From: Eledone cirrhosa | Taxonomy: Eukaryota | Direction of reading: 5' to 3' | NCBI GenBank assembly: GCA_964016885.1 | Contig: OZ024753.1 | Span: forward strand, 36,828,001-36,892,000 | Length of the DNA: 64,000 nucleotides | Notes under the pieces: model-generated | Database searches by the model: none | Told to the model about the DNA's origin: nothing | The model's input: only the letters and a program-made list of their open reading frames with translations | Program-made: the position numbers and the translations under genes | Part shown: positions 48,919-64,000 of the stretch, in pieces | Layout of the letters: every line of letters begins with the position of its first letter | How positions within the stretch are numbered: the first letter of the stretch is position 1

Positions 48919-49040
48919 AATTGTTTCTACTTTTGGCACAAGGCCAGCAATTATCCAGTACATTACTGGTACTTTATTTTATCGACCCCGTAAGGATGAA
49001 AGGCAAAGTTAACCTCGGCGGGATTTGAACTCAGACCGTA
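48919..49040 (-). mobile_element. tRNA-derived SINE (family 1), 5'-truncated
   Basis: Reverse core and 3' end. Confidence 0.85.
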
Positions 49041-49060
49041 TATAATAGTATATATATATA

Positions 49061-49101
<41 letters not shown>

Positions 49102-49102
<1 letters not shown>

Positions 49103-49275
49103 CGTAGGTCCTGGGTTGAGTCGGGGATAACCACAGTAAGTAAGGTACTCAATACATGGCAGAGTAAAAATTGTTTTATTTTATAGAAGGAGCTTCTACA
49201 GGACTAGTACTGTTTCATTCATCTGAATGAAACAGTACTAGTCCTGTAGAAGCTCCTTCTATAAAATAAAAAAAA
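49102..49275. mobile_element. PLE family A palindrome of half hammerheads plus tail
   Basis: ttttatagaaggagcttctacaggactagtactgtttcattca|tgaatgaaacagtactagtcctgtagaagctccttctataaaa. The tail is nearly identical to 57359-57426. Confidence 0.8.
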
Positions 49276-49348
49276 ATATATATATATATATAGATAGATA
49301 GATAGATATAGATATATATATTGAAACAGTTCTAATCCTGTAGGAGCC

Positions 49349-49388
<40 letters not shown>

Positions 49389-49405
49389 ATACACAGATAT
49401 TATAT

Positions 49406-49590
49406 AATTGTTTCTACTTTTGGCACAAGGCCAGCAATTACTCAGTACATTACTGGTACTTTATTTTATCGACCCCGTAAGGATGAAAGGCAAAGTTGAC
49501 CTCGGCGGGATTTGAACTAAGAATGGAAAGGGCCGTAACTCTATGCGTCAAAGCATGACGTCCGACCCTCTACCGATACTGCCAATCCAC
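49406..49590 (-). mobile_element. tRNA-derived SINE (family 1)
   Basis: Full reverse copy. Confidence 0.9.
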
Positions 49591-50428
49591 CACACAGATA
49601 TTATATAATATTATTAGATTAGATTAGATTTTATTATATTATGTGATATATGCATGTGTGTGTGGTGTGCTTTTTGCATGTATATATGTATGTATTTATG
49701 TATACATGTATATATGCATGTATGTATGTAGGTATAAGAACCCCCGGAATACAAACATAGCAAGACGCCCTAACATGTTCTGCTTTAGTTTGTAACAAAC
49801 CAATAAAATATCTACAACAACAAAACGATAAAAACCCAGTAAAATAACCCCCGAAAAACATTTACTCATTCACAGCCGAAAAGATTAACCGATCCAGCAA
49901 CGATCATCTAGAGCTTAACTTAACTCAGTTTTAGTTTTAGCATGGCTTGGTTTGCCTTTCCTTCGTTTGCCTTTGCTTGGTCCCGTGAACAAAATAAATC
50001 GCTCATCTCCCTATTTATTATTGCCATCTTGCTTTTGGCACTTCCTGTTCCAAAAATGTTCTTCCTCGGTTTTTAGCAATATAGACAGATCTCACTCTCA
50101 TTTCTCGCTCTCACTCTCACGTTATCATCATCCATCACTATCTAATTAAATGTGATGCTCCCGTCTTTTTGAACTGTTTAGCTGACCACTCCATCATTGT
50201 TACAACATTTTTGACTTTGTGTTTTCGTGTTGCTTTTTCTGTTTTTGTTTTCTTATCTATTTGTTTGCTTGCTTTTTTTTTTGTTTTTCTTGTTGGCTTT
50301 TTTTTTTTGTATTTTTGATGGGTTGGTGGATGGAAGGGATGTTTGAGATAGTGACTAAATATAGTAGTGATTCCACATATCTTTTCCTCGTTTCCTTTCC
50401 TTTCCTTTCCCTGTCTCTCTCTCTCTCT

Positions 50429-50470
<42 letters not shown>

Positions 50471-50566
50471 ATCGCTCTTTTTCTTCCGATTTTTCTCACT
50501 CTCTCTCTATATTTATCTATCTATCTACCTATCTACCTATCTATCAATCTATCTATCTGTCTCACG

Positions 50567-50636
<70 letters not shown>

Positions 50637-50764
50637 CTGTATATATACATAACTACCTATCAACTATCTATCTGTATATTTAACTATGTCTATCTATTTC
50701 TTGCACACATTTTTATTCACGCATTATTTGTCTATTTGTCGTTATTTGTTTCTTTGAATCTAAC

Positions 50765-50874
<110 letters not shown>

Positions 50875-50875
50875 T

Positions 50876-50925
<50 letters not shown>

Positions 50926-51186
50926 ATATAAACACACACAGAGAAACATATGTTGGTATATGTGCCTGTGTTTATCAGTATGTATGTGTGTTTATTACGC
51001 AGGCGTTCATTACTGGTTTCATCAAAGACAGATATTATACAATTCTTTTCACCATCGTATATCTCATGCCAACACCTCTACTACCCCTTAACCTTTCATT
51101 ATTCTTTTCTTTCCTTCTTTTTGTTAACATCTCACTCCCTACCTTTGTCCTCCTCCTCGATCTATCTATCTTTCTAACAATCAATA

Positions 51187-51225
<39 letters not shown>

Positions 51226-51232
51226 GTAGCAA

Positions 51233-51284
<52 letters not shown>

Positions 51285-51377
51285 CGTGTGTGTGCGTGTG
51301 TGTGTGTGTGTGTGATTGTGTACGTGTGTATGTGTGTAAACAGATAGATAGAGATAGAGAGATGAATAGATAGATAT

Positions 51378-51431
<54 letters not shown>

Positions 51432-51432
51432 T

Positions 51433-51491
<59 letters not shown>

Positions 51492-51734
51492 TCACTCTCA
51501 CATTCCCTCTCTATGATCTCACTTTTCTGTCTTATTATTATTTGGTATCGTTTGTTTTAATGGCGTCCAGCGCGATTATTTCGCCCCAGCGATATTAAAT
51601 GGTACAAATCAAGATTATTGTGTTGACAAATTTTCAATTGATGATATGCTTGTTAGCCCGGACACTGTATCTAGTAATCTAAATACTATGTAGAAATGTG
51701 GGGCATTAGTGAAGAAAGTGTGTGTTGACATATG

Positions 51735-51835
<101 letters not shown>

Positions 51836-51931
51836 TATATATAATATACGTATGTATATATATATATATATATATATATTTATTTTTATATATATCACGT
51901 CGACGTTTTATTTTTCTTGGTGTAATACTTG

Positions 51932-51969
<38 letters not shown>

Positions 51970-51997
51970 TAAATATACACACACATATATAAATATA

Positions 51998-52101
<104 letters not shown>

Positions 52102-52149
52102 GAGAGAGAGAGAGATGAGTATGTATATACAAGTTTGTATGTATCTACA

Positions 52150-52223
<74 letters not shown>

Positions 52224-52235
52224 CTTTATATATAC

Positions 52236-52273
<38 letters not shown>

Positions 52274-52429
52274 TATTTCCGTACGGATACAAGACATAAT
52301 TTGCGCCATCTTATCTTCATAAGCTGGTGATTTAACATCAGCCGTGTTCTCGTAGTTTAGATTTGACACTGCCTTAAAGGCCCGTAGCTTGTTCTCTTCC
52401 TAATACTACTACTACTACTACTACTAATA

Positions 52430-52525
<96 letters not shown>

Positions 52526-53067
52526 TTGCTACCACTAATGCTGTTCTACTCATCGTTGTTGTTGTTGCTGATGGTGGTGATGTGTATTTTGGTATTGTTG
52601 TTGTTGTTGCTGTCGATGGTGGTGATATTGTTATTGTTGTTGTTCTACTTCTTCTTCTTCTTTCTCTTATTTCGCAATTTCAATCGACCCGAGAGGCATT
52701 TTTAGCGACCAATACAAAAATTATTACAGGAACAACGAAACGAACGAAACGAACGAACCATCGCAACATTGAAACAGGCAAAACATGGCGGACGTTTGAC
52801 GTAGAAGAAGTGCATCGAAAGTTAGTTTTATGTTTTCTGAATGGACAGAAGACGACAACATTTGGTGTTACATGGAAAGACATACTGGCTAAAATGCCGC
52901 AATGTGCAGGAAATAGGAGAACAACTTGGATGTCTCTGATTAACCCATGTTTTTGCCTCTATATATCCTCAAGCCGAAGAATGAACGACAATAAGTTTTG
53001 CTGTCTGTTGCAATTTCAATCTACCTGGTGGGCACTGAGTCTCTCTCTCTCTCTCCTTCTCCCTCTC

Positions 53068-53137
<70 letters not shown>

Positions 53138-53140
53138 AAC

Positions 53141-53250
<110 letters not shown>

Positions 53251-53259
53251 CTAAAAGAG

Positions 53260-53310
<51 letters not shown>

Positions 53311-53441
53311 CTAAAAGAGTATGTATATATATATATATATATATATATAGCGAAGGAAATGTGGTAAGGAACCAGATGGACCATAACGCACCAAAGTACT
53401 CAATACTTAGGGTAGTAGAGTGGGTAATAGGAACGAGTAGG

Positions 53442-53537
53442 ACCCCGACGGCTGAGCTCAAGCCGTTTCGACGGCTAATTCTGGGCTGACTGAAAATTTT
53501 TATCCTGGTAAATGAATAGCCGAACTTCTCAGGGGGT
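53442..53537 (-). ncRNA. Complete family B hammerhead with variant core CUGAGAA
   Basis: acccc CTGAGAA gttcggctattc...gaattagccgtc GAA ACGGCT tgagctc AGCCGT C ggggt. Confidence 0.72.
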
Positions 53538-54613
53538 AATTCCATATATGGTAAAAGTGATTGTCACAAGGATTGGTCAAAAGTTTGTTGTTGAGACACA
53601 TGATTCTATCATGGCATTTTGTGGAAGGTAGGGGTAGCTGAACTTGCCAGTAGAAGAAAGAGGGAGAGGGAGTGGAGGAAACCCAGTCGAGCGTTGAAAG
53701 TGACAACTACAGCAGATTCTAAGGATAGGAGGTCGAAAAAAGTATACTAGAGAAGGGGAGGGGGAGGAAGTCGAAACAATAAGTAAATCTATATGGAGTA
53801 AATATATAGAAAAATATTTAAAATATTTAAAATATTTAAAAAAACACAATTTCTGGTTACTATTCCCCTTCCACAATCATCAAATCTCTCATTAAGCTAT
53901 AGAAAAGTTTAATAGGTGGGACGGAATACTAAATACGAGATTGTAGTGAAATAATTTTATGAGTTAGTAGTAATCGGCCAAATCTATCTTACAATGACAG
54001 GTCAACAAGTAGGGGTCCAAAATACTAAAAAAAAAAAATAAATAATACGAAATAATAATTCAGAGTCCCGAAACTAATACGAAATATTAATTCAGAATCC
54101 CGAAACATGAATACTAATATGATATATATGAGTACTGCTACAATACATAAATTCTAATACAAACTACATAAATGCTCGTACGATATATAAGAAAAACTAA
54201 TACGAAAAATTAATTAAGAATCCCCCACCCCACCCCACCGCCACCCCGAAAAAAAAATACTGATATACAAGAAACTAAAGCAGAAATACCACTAAGAAAT
54301 CTAGAAATCACGGAAATGGGGCAGCAATCAGAGAAGAAAGCAAGTATCTGGGGTCTAGCACATCTGCTATAAAAAGCGGAATCGGCCAATTCTATCATAG
54401 AATAAGGGGGTGGGGGTACTGAGGCTACAGAGGACCGAAGGGCTGCCTCGGAGTGGGCGAGAAGGTGAAAAGAACGACGACAAAGAAGGAGATCTGAGGT
54501 GGAAGGACTAGGAAGGGATGGGGTAAGAAGGATATATAGAGGAAACGATAAAAAATATATAAGAAAATCTATACAAAAAAGTTACGTCTACCTTTGTAAG
54601 CAGGGGTTACCCA

Positions 54614-54811
54614 TTACAAAATCGGCAAGTGGGGTGTTTCAGCCCTTGTCTTGAAGATTTTCCCGATAGGTGTTGTCACCTCGGCGTTGTGGGGAGGATT
54701 GAACCATGTTACGTTGCGTGAGCGGCGGTGTCGCCTGCTGGTTCCGCTAATGGAAGCTGGACAATAGGATATTTCCTCCCGGAAGCCACTACGCTTGAGG
54801 GCCTGGTTGTA
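54614..54811 (-). pseudogene. PLE RT thumb/linker remnant (65 aa)
   Basis: YNQALKRSGFREEISY...RRSRNVTWFNPPHNAEVTTPIGKIFK aligns by eye with YNDALARAGYADKIVY...RTRNIIWFAPPFSLNIKTHIAKLFFK at 17.5-17.7 kb. Confidence 0.85.
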
Positions 54812-55151
54812 AAATCAATATGAAATCAATATAAAACCAATATAAAACCAATATAAAACCAATATAAAATCAATATAAAATCAATATAAAACCAATATAA
54901 AACCAATATAAAACTAATATAATATCAATATAATATCAATATAATATCAATATAAAATCAATATAAAATCAATATAAAATCATTATAAAATCAATAAATA
55001 TAAAACCAATATAAAACCAATATAAAACCATTATAAAACCAATATAAAGTCAATATAAAGTCAATATAAAACCAATATATTGATTTTATATTGATTTTAT
55101 ATTGATTTTATATTGGTTTTATATTGGTTTTATATTGATTTTATATTGATT
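54811..55151. repeat. 11-bp minisatellite (AAAA(T/C)CAATAT), about 24 forward units then about 6 inverted units
   Basis: Read directly. Orientation flips at about 55078. Confidence 0.93.
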
Positions 55152-55689
55152 CTCTGTTTTTATATTACATCAAATAGCCCCAACATCTTTGCTTATGTGT
55201 CTTTCCTGTTTCATATTGACTAAACACCACCAGACTGTTTAACTTTATGAAGATAACATTGTCTTTAGTTGGAGCTTGTTGTACTACACACACATAGATA
55301 CACACACATATGCATCCTTACTCACACATACATATAAACATGTATTCATACATAGTCGTCAGTATTCTACTTCCCACTGTCAACGAACATTCACACTATC
55401 TCACTATTTTTATGAGTGTTTAGAAGGTCGGATATTTATCCTAACTCTTGGCACTGTCAGTTCAAATCTCACCGAGGTTGAATTTGTCTTTCATCCTTTC
55501 GAAGTTGATAAATATGGAAATATGGAAAAAGGGGAAAGAATGTTCGACGTGTCGGGTTTTAGCCCTTCTTTAGGAGTACAAAAATAAACACAGAATCACA
55601 AAGTATAGATATATACAGAGAAATTATAACGATATACATTAAGAATTATCGACTCGTAAATTTGATGCTAAAATAATATATATATATAT

Positions 55690-55780
<91 letters not shown>

Positions 55781-56627
55781 GATATATACAAACACTCTAC
55801 TTTATATACCATGGAGTCTGATTTATTTTTCAAAGCTTTGTCATTTTTAAAACTTCATTCTTATAATCATGTTAAATTTTATCTTTTATTTTAGAAGCCA
55901 TTAGAAGAAAAAAAGCCAAACTTTGACACGCTGAAATAGTCTTATGCTTTGATTATTTTCAGACCCTCATAAAATTCTTTCCTTAAATTCTCCAACCAAT
56001 CTCACATACTATAACCTTCTAAGAAATATTCCTTTCCAATTAGCAGTGGAAATATATCGATGTTTTTCTAAGATTTATCTCGTAACGTTCCGTCTTTCTT
56101 TATTTTTGTTTTATGTGACATCTTTGGTTTGTAAACTAAACCTTTCTTTGTTTTCATCCCGTTCTCATTTTTGCCAAATTCCCTGCTCTCTGCTGGAACT
56201 CGTATGTTTCGGCTATATTCGTTCATTTTCGTTCATGTTTGTTCATATTTGTACGTGTTTGTTAATACACCTGTCTTGATATCGTAACATATCGCTTGCT
56301 CCAGTGAATTTATTCCTGCTACCTACTCGTGTTTCGTTGACACTAAATCTGTTTCTCTAAGACCATTTCTAACACAGGCTTATTGCCTGTTTCTTATGAC
56401 ACGATCTTTGTTTTTATTAACAGCCGTCACTACTTCACTACTTCACTACTTGTCTTATTTTTACTTTCTTTTCCTGATAACCATCATAGGATCGGGTAAT
56501 ATATTTTGTATTAGTATTTTCTAAGATGTTCCTTTGTGTGACAGTGTTTGTGTGTGTATGATTGTGTGTGATTGTGTGTGTGTTGGTGTTATTTTTTCTA
56601 TCTTTGTATATTTTCTTATATATTCGA

Positions 56628-56677
<50 letters not shown>

Positions 56678-56703
56678 TATGAATATATGTGTGTGTATAT
56701 ATG

Positions 56704-56737
<34 letters not shown>

Positions 56738-56775
56738 TATACATACATATCTATATACATATATACGAATATATG

Positions 56776-56832
<57 letters not shown>

Positions 56833-57308
56833 GCACACACACAAATATACACATACATACACAAACATAAACACATAGAATATAAATACATAAACATGCA
56901 TGCATAACTATAGATCTATTTATGATGTTATCACACCATCAACACCACCACCAGCACCACAACCAACACAAACACCGCATCCACCAGTACCACAAACACC
57001 ACCACCACAACCACCACCAAAACCACCACAGGCACCACTAAAACTACCACAAGCACCTCCACTACCACCACCAAGAACATCACCACAAACACCACCACTA
57101 TCATCAACTTGGCAAGTGAAAAAGTAAATACATGTCAAGATCGAATGTTCCATTCATAGAAGACACACTTAGTAAGAAGAACCTTAGAAAATATTTAGTT
57201 TCATTCCACAATCTCTCTCTTAATCTTTCACTCAGCATTTCTGCCTTCTATTATTTCATTTTTCTTTATATTTAATCATATATAAACAACTATACATAAA
57301 TAAATACG

Positions 57309-57358
<50 letters not shown>

Positions 57359-57360
<2 letters not shown>

Positions 57361-57482
57361 GTAGGTCCCGGGTTGAGTCGGGGATAACCACAGTAAGTAA
57401 GGTACTCAATACATGGCAGAGTAAAATTTCATCTGAATGAAACAGTACTAGTCCTGTAGAAGCTCCTTCTATAAAATAAAAT
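57359..57482. mobile_element. PLE family A fragment (inverted tail plus 3' half hammerhead)
   Basis: Matches 49102-49275 with the left arm deleted. (TA)n flanks both sides. Confidence 0.78.
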
Positions 57483-57497
57483 ATATATATATAAAAT

Positions 57498-57627
<130 letters not shown>

Positions 57628-57846
57628 GTACATATACGCACAAACGCACATACACACACACATATATATATACATATAATATATTTACATAGTTCTTGGC
57701 GTTTCAAGAGTTAGTTTATGGTTAAATTATGAAGAGTTTCTTTATAATTTAACCATACTCTACAACCCCAACTATCGAGTACTCTACTGAGTAATGTCTA
57801 ACCAGATTTAAATATATATACAAATATATATATATATATATATATA

Positions 57847-57944
<98 letters not shown>

Positions 57945-57979
57945 AGAAGAAATTAAAAGATAGTTACAAAAGTTTCATG

Positions 57980-58050
57980 TATTTTATTATGCGCATTTCA
58001 AAAACAAATATCATCCTGGGACGATATTTGCGTTCTCATCAGATAAAATA
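57980..58050 (-). ncRNA. Type I hammerhead ribozyme, family C-like (intact)
   Basis: tattttat CTGATGA gaacgcaaatatcgtcc cag gatgatatttgttttt GAA AT gcgc AT A ataaaata. A partial inverted copy at 58120-58150 is followed by the tail. Confidence 0.87.
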
Positions 58051-58333
58051 GGGAGACATGATATGAAGCTTAAAAAAAATACTTGCGAGCAAGGTAGTCT
58101 CTAATCAACATATATGTTGATTTTATCTGATGAGAACGCAATTATCGTTCTTATATATACTCCAGTCCAATAAACTGTTGAGTGCTACTTATCCGATATG
58201 ATATTTGCATTGCTTTATTGTGCTACAAAAAAATCACCTCCTACATTATATATACATATATATATACAAATATATATATATATATATATAATTATATATA
58301 TATACATATATATATATAATTATATATACATAC

Positions 58334-58381
<48 letters not shown>

Positions 58382-58384
<3 letters not shown>

Positions 58385-58432
58385 TTCCTGATGATTTCTA
58401 ATGAATGAAACAGTTCTAGTCCTGTAGAATCT
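58382..58432 (+). ncRNA. Type I hammerhead ribozyme, family A, alone within (TA)n
   Basis: agattc CTGATGA tttctaatgaat GAA ACAG ttctagtc CTGT A gaatct. Stem I differs from 23-71 (gcttc/gaagc) while keeping its pairing. Confidence 0.87.
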
Positions 58433-58434
58433 CA

Positions 58435-58547
<113 letters not shown>

Positions 58548-58685
58548 TGTATATATATATATAGTTGAACGTAGAGTACATTTGGTGTTTAATATTATTC
58601 TTATAATATTTATATCAGATACAAGGTTTGGGTGCATTTCCGACTTTATTTTTCTCACTCTCTCTCCCTTTCTCTCTCTCTCCCC

Positions 58686-58760
<75 letters not shown>

Positions 58761-58825
58761 GAAATAAAGTAACGAAACAATGCGTTGAGATCGAACCCAC
58801 ACCACGATACGCGTACCAATCTATA

Positions 58826-58865
<40 letters not shown>

Positions 58866-58881
58866 TATACATATATGTATA

Positions 58882-58979
<98 letters not shown>

Positions 58980-59003
58980 CATATATACATATATGTATAT
59001 ATG

Positions 59004-59039
<36 letters not shown>

Positions 59040-59270
59040 CATATATATAATATTTAATATAATCGTGTATGTGTGTGTCTTCTCTCTCTCTCTCTATATA
59101 TATATATAGGCAAGCTATTTAGAAATTTCTATGTGTAGATTAAGAATCACCTCCGTATTTGTTCTTAAAATAATCAACGGTGTGTATAATAAACGTTAGT
59201 GTATATAATATAAGCGCCAACTGCATCGTAAATGTTTATATACTATATATATATATATACACATGTGTGT

Positions 59271-59353
<83 letters not shown>

Positions 59354-59652
59354 TATAGATACATATTTATATGATGCATACATTTATTATATACATATAT
59401 ATATATATTTATATATTTAACTGTGTGTATATGCATAGACTCGTATATTTATTTATATATCTCATTTTAGGTCACAATTGTTGTAGTAAAATCAAATGGT
59501 TATATATTGTATATATGTCTTCTACATCCTGTAAATACACACACACACACAGACATATATATATTTATATATATATGTATATATATATATCTATCTATAT
59601 ATATCTATATATATCTATATATATATCTATATCTATATATATATATATATTA

Positions 59653-59773
<121 letters not shown>

Positions 59774-59913
59774 GTATATTTATTTATATATATACATATA
59801 TTTATTTATATACATATATATATATTTATATATATATATAAACATATATATATAAACATATATATATACACATATGTATATTTATTTATATATATATACA
59901 TATATATATATAC

Positions 59914-59944
<31 letters not shown>

Positions 59945-60032
59945 CATATATAGATATATATTTATATACATATAGATAAATATTTATATACATATATATA
60001 TGTGTGTGTGTGTGTATAATCATATATATACT

Positions 60033-60156
<124 letters not shown>

Positions 60157-60580
60157 TGCCGTGTATATGTGCTGCATATATGTGTAAATATGTGCTCTGT
60201 ATATATTTTTATGCTGGCATGTTTGATATGATCTGGTAATGAAAATATACGGAAGTTCTTTCGCAACATATGGTCCAGTTTGTTTATATAATTATAATTT
60301 AATGGTACAGCAGGTAAGTGATGTACTCATTGTATATATTTACTCCAAATATTTTACGGCATAATCGGATATATATATATGCATTTTGTACATATCTTTG
60401 TTTATATATATACATATACATATATATATATATACATATATATGTATATACATATATATATGTATATGTATATATGTGTGTGTGTTTCTGTATGTGTATA
60501 TATATATATTTGTATATGTGTCTAGGCGCATATATATGCTTTTATAGTTGCTCATATATATATATATATGCATTCATATA

Positions 60581-60676
<96 letters not shown>

Positions 60677-61323
60677 CATGAATATATATATGTGTGTGTA
60701 CATATATCCGTGTGTGTGTTGTACAAAGTGGTACTGAGAGAGCTGGAGTGTGGTGAAAACGTTTATACACATGTATCCGTTTATATACTCATATATATAT
60801 ACATATGTACGTTTGCATAGAATAATCTAAGTCTGTATACGTGTATATATTGCTGATATTTTTTTGTATATAATATAATTCTCTTTGTGGGCGTGTACAC
60901 ATCTAGATATATTCATGTGCTTATAAATGATTTTATTGTGTTGCTTCACATCAGCAAATTTCAAGTAGATAATCTAGAGCCCTAAGGATCCTTTCCAATA
61001 TTCCTTTAACCAGGTTCTAAATCATACCAACGGCGGAGTCCTTGTGGCCCCTTAAATTTAACCTAGTTTAAGCCATCACACTTCATGCCTGAACACAAGC
61101 GTTTTTTTTTTCAAAATAAAGAAGAACAGTGAAGAGATGTGAAATATAATATATACAAGTAGATCGATATTAGTACTGGACTATTGGTATTTTATTTATC
61201 GACCTCGAGATGTTGAAATGCAAAGCTGGTCTCGGCGTGGTTTGAACCCAAAGCGCAGAGAGTCTAGAGCAGAAAAGAAAACCATGGACCATTCTATTGA
61301 CTTAGTATTAACATTACAGGGAC

Positions 61324-61470
<147 letters not shown>

Positions 61471-61485
61471 TATATATATATAAAT

Positions 61486-62116
<631 letters not shown>

Positions 62117-62219
62117 AAGTATATATCCCTACACGCAAAAAGCGTCTAGGGACACATGTATTGTCCAACCATATGCCAATGTGGTTCAATAGCAGGTTAA
62201 TAAATTAACGAGCCAGAAC

Positions 62220-62459
62220 ATATATAATCAAGGTTTAGCAAATAAGAAAAAGTTTCAAAATAAATTTTTAAAAATTCACTGTACTCACTATGAAGAACCT
62301 TCTGACGAGAGTTTATCTTTTCAATGGAAGGCCGCAAGGACTGTCCATTTATTTTTGAGACTCGAAACCGATTCGGTAAAGGTAACCATAGTGAGTACAG
62401 TGAATTTTTAAAAATTTAGTTTGAAACTTTTTCTTATTTGCTAAACCTTGATTATATAT
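62220..62459. mobile_element. 240-bp hairpin element with roughly 73-bp terminal inverted repeats enclosing a hammerhead
   Basis: 62220-62292 is the near-perfect reverse complement of 62387-62459. Confidence 0.8.
62297..62383 (+). ncRNA. Type I hammerhead ribozyme, family G (intact)
   Basis: acctt CTGACGA gagttt...aatgga...cc GCAA gg...tccatt...gagactc GAA ACCG att CGGT A aaggt. Confidence 0.9.
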
Positions 62460-62525
62460 ATATTTATATAGATATACATATATATATATATATATACATA
62501 TACACACTCACACACACACACACAC

Positions 62526-62570
<45 letters not shown>

Positions 62571-62934
62571 AGAGTATTGAAGTTTGCTTGAAGCATTGTG
62601 GAACAATAAGTAAATATCTTTGAGTCGTTTGGAAGCCTCGACAATGCAAATGGTTAAATCTCCGGGTAACAAGGTCCGGTGGTGGAGAGAGAGATGTAAG
62701 TGGGTGTACGTTGAGATGCGTGGTGTGTATAAGATGTGTGGGATGTGTAGAATGAAGGGAAGAGTATAAAGGATAAAAATAAAAATAACAACACAAGAGA
62801 GAGTTACCTTGGGAGAGATTTAATAGTCCCTATATATTTCGGATTCACATCCATCAACTGGGGTTTTTTTCCGGGGTGGTGGAAAAGGTTTTCTGTCGGA
62901 CAAGTCCGGAACGCGTCTTACGCTGTTTGTTGTT

Positions 62935-62987
<53 letters not shown>

Positions 62988-62990
<3 letters not shown>

Positions 62991-63156
62991 CGAAGGAAAT
63001 GTGGTAAGGAACCAGGTGGACCATAACGCACCAAAGTACTCAATACTTGGGGTAGTAGAGTGGGTAATAGGAACCAGTAAGACCCCGACAGCTGAGCTCA
63101 AGCCGTTTCGACGGCTAATTCTGAGTCCAGAATTAGCCGTCGGGGTCTTACTGGTT

Positions 63157-63158
<2 letters not shown>
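62988..63158. mobile_element. PLE family B palindrome plus tail
   Basis: As 36003-36196, but the right arm has lost the segment between two agccgtc repeats. Confidence 0.8.
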
Positions 63159-63204
<46 letters not shown>

Positions 63205-63320
63205 GTAGAAATATCCAGGACCCCCAGAAGAGAACTGATGAAGGAAAATTTTCTCCCCTGCTTTCTTCATTTATAAGTACACCTTATTCAACAACTACAC
63301 ATCCTCCTGTTTCTTCTTCT

Positions 63321-63353
<33 letters not shown>

Positions 63354-63414
63354 TAAAGAAAGGACAAGACAACGAACGGAAACAAAACAAAATAATTTTT
63401 TAAGGGGAAACTCT

Positions 63415-63805
63415 ATTCTATCGACCCCTTTCGAAGGATGAAAGGCAAAGCTAACCTCGGCGGGATTTGAACTCAGAACATAAAGGCCGAAGTGTTGTAC
63501 CGTAAAGCATGTTGTACGACACTCTACCTATATTGCCAATCCACCGCTCTGATAATAATAATAATAATAATAACGATTTCATTATTAGCTACACAGGGCT
63601 GACATTACGGAAACAGCAATAATAATAATTGTTTCTACATTAGGCACAAGGCCAGCAATTACACCAGTGTATTACTGGTACTTTATTTTATCGACCCCGT
63701 AAGGATGAAAGGCAAAGTTAACCTCGCGGGATTTGAACTCAGAATGGCAAGGGCTGTAACTCTATGCGTCAAATCATGGCGTCCGACCCTCTACCGATAC
63801 TGCCA
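63415..63805 (-). mobile_element. Two tRNA-derived SINEs (family 1)
   Basis: Reverse cores at about 63415-63547 and 63628-63805. Confidence 0.88.
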
Positions 63806-64000
63806 AATTATAATAATAGATTGTATATGTCTTATAAATCTGCAGATGTGCTTCCTGTGGCATTATATGCATAACATATTGATGGCGAAAGTTCACTGGG
63901 GTAAAGCAATGATGTGCATACATAGTATTATGTTTTATATTTTATTTGTAATTATTTGTAATTATTTGTGCACATGTTGTTGTAGGGATTCTTTTGCCAT

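Larger units (their letters stand above)
53350..54811 (-). mobile_element. 5'-truncated PLE, family B: ORF remnant, about 1.1 kb 3' region, hammerhead and tail
   Basis: ORF remnant at 54614-54811, hammerhead at 53442-53537 and family B tail all lie on the minus strand, ending in (TA)n. Confidence 0.72.

Noticed and set aside
55540-55580. Minus-strand CTAAAGAagggctaaaacccGACAcgtc
   Set aside because: Probably a dead PLE hammerhead, but both conserved boxes are mutated.
56900-57153. Pro-rich or Gly/Cys-rich ORFs
   Set aside because: The region is a degenerate (CCA)n repeat with no supporting gene structure.

Overview
This is AT-rich eukaryotic non-coding DNA saturated with (TA)n, (CA)n, (GATA)n and trinucleotide microsatellites. 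The tRNA-derived SINE families and repeat landscape suggest an octopus or other cephalopod (inference). I can support no host protein-coding gene, and almost all ORFs in the supplied track are microsatellite artefacts. The main hidden signal is a dense set of Penelope-like retroelements (PLEs) inserted in (TA)n. Reading by eye, I find about 18 motifs with full type I hammerhead ribozyme topology in about 9 sequence families, plus many half copies, often as outward-facing inverted pairs. Two PLE ORF remnants missed by the ORF track (16894-17844 and 54614-54811, both minus strand) are each physically linked to a hammerhead. Also present are a hairpin element with an intact hammerhead at its centre (62220-62459), a shared ACTC...GAGT(G/A)C tail hairpin, RTE and L1/Tx1 LINE fragments, Tc1/mariner-type MITEs, a SINE-abutting 24-bp minisatellite and an 11-bp array at a PLE 5' junction. 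Hammerheads in PLEs are established knowledge. The diversity, variant cores and insertion architecture are what merit follow-up. All folding was done by eye and none of it is computed.
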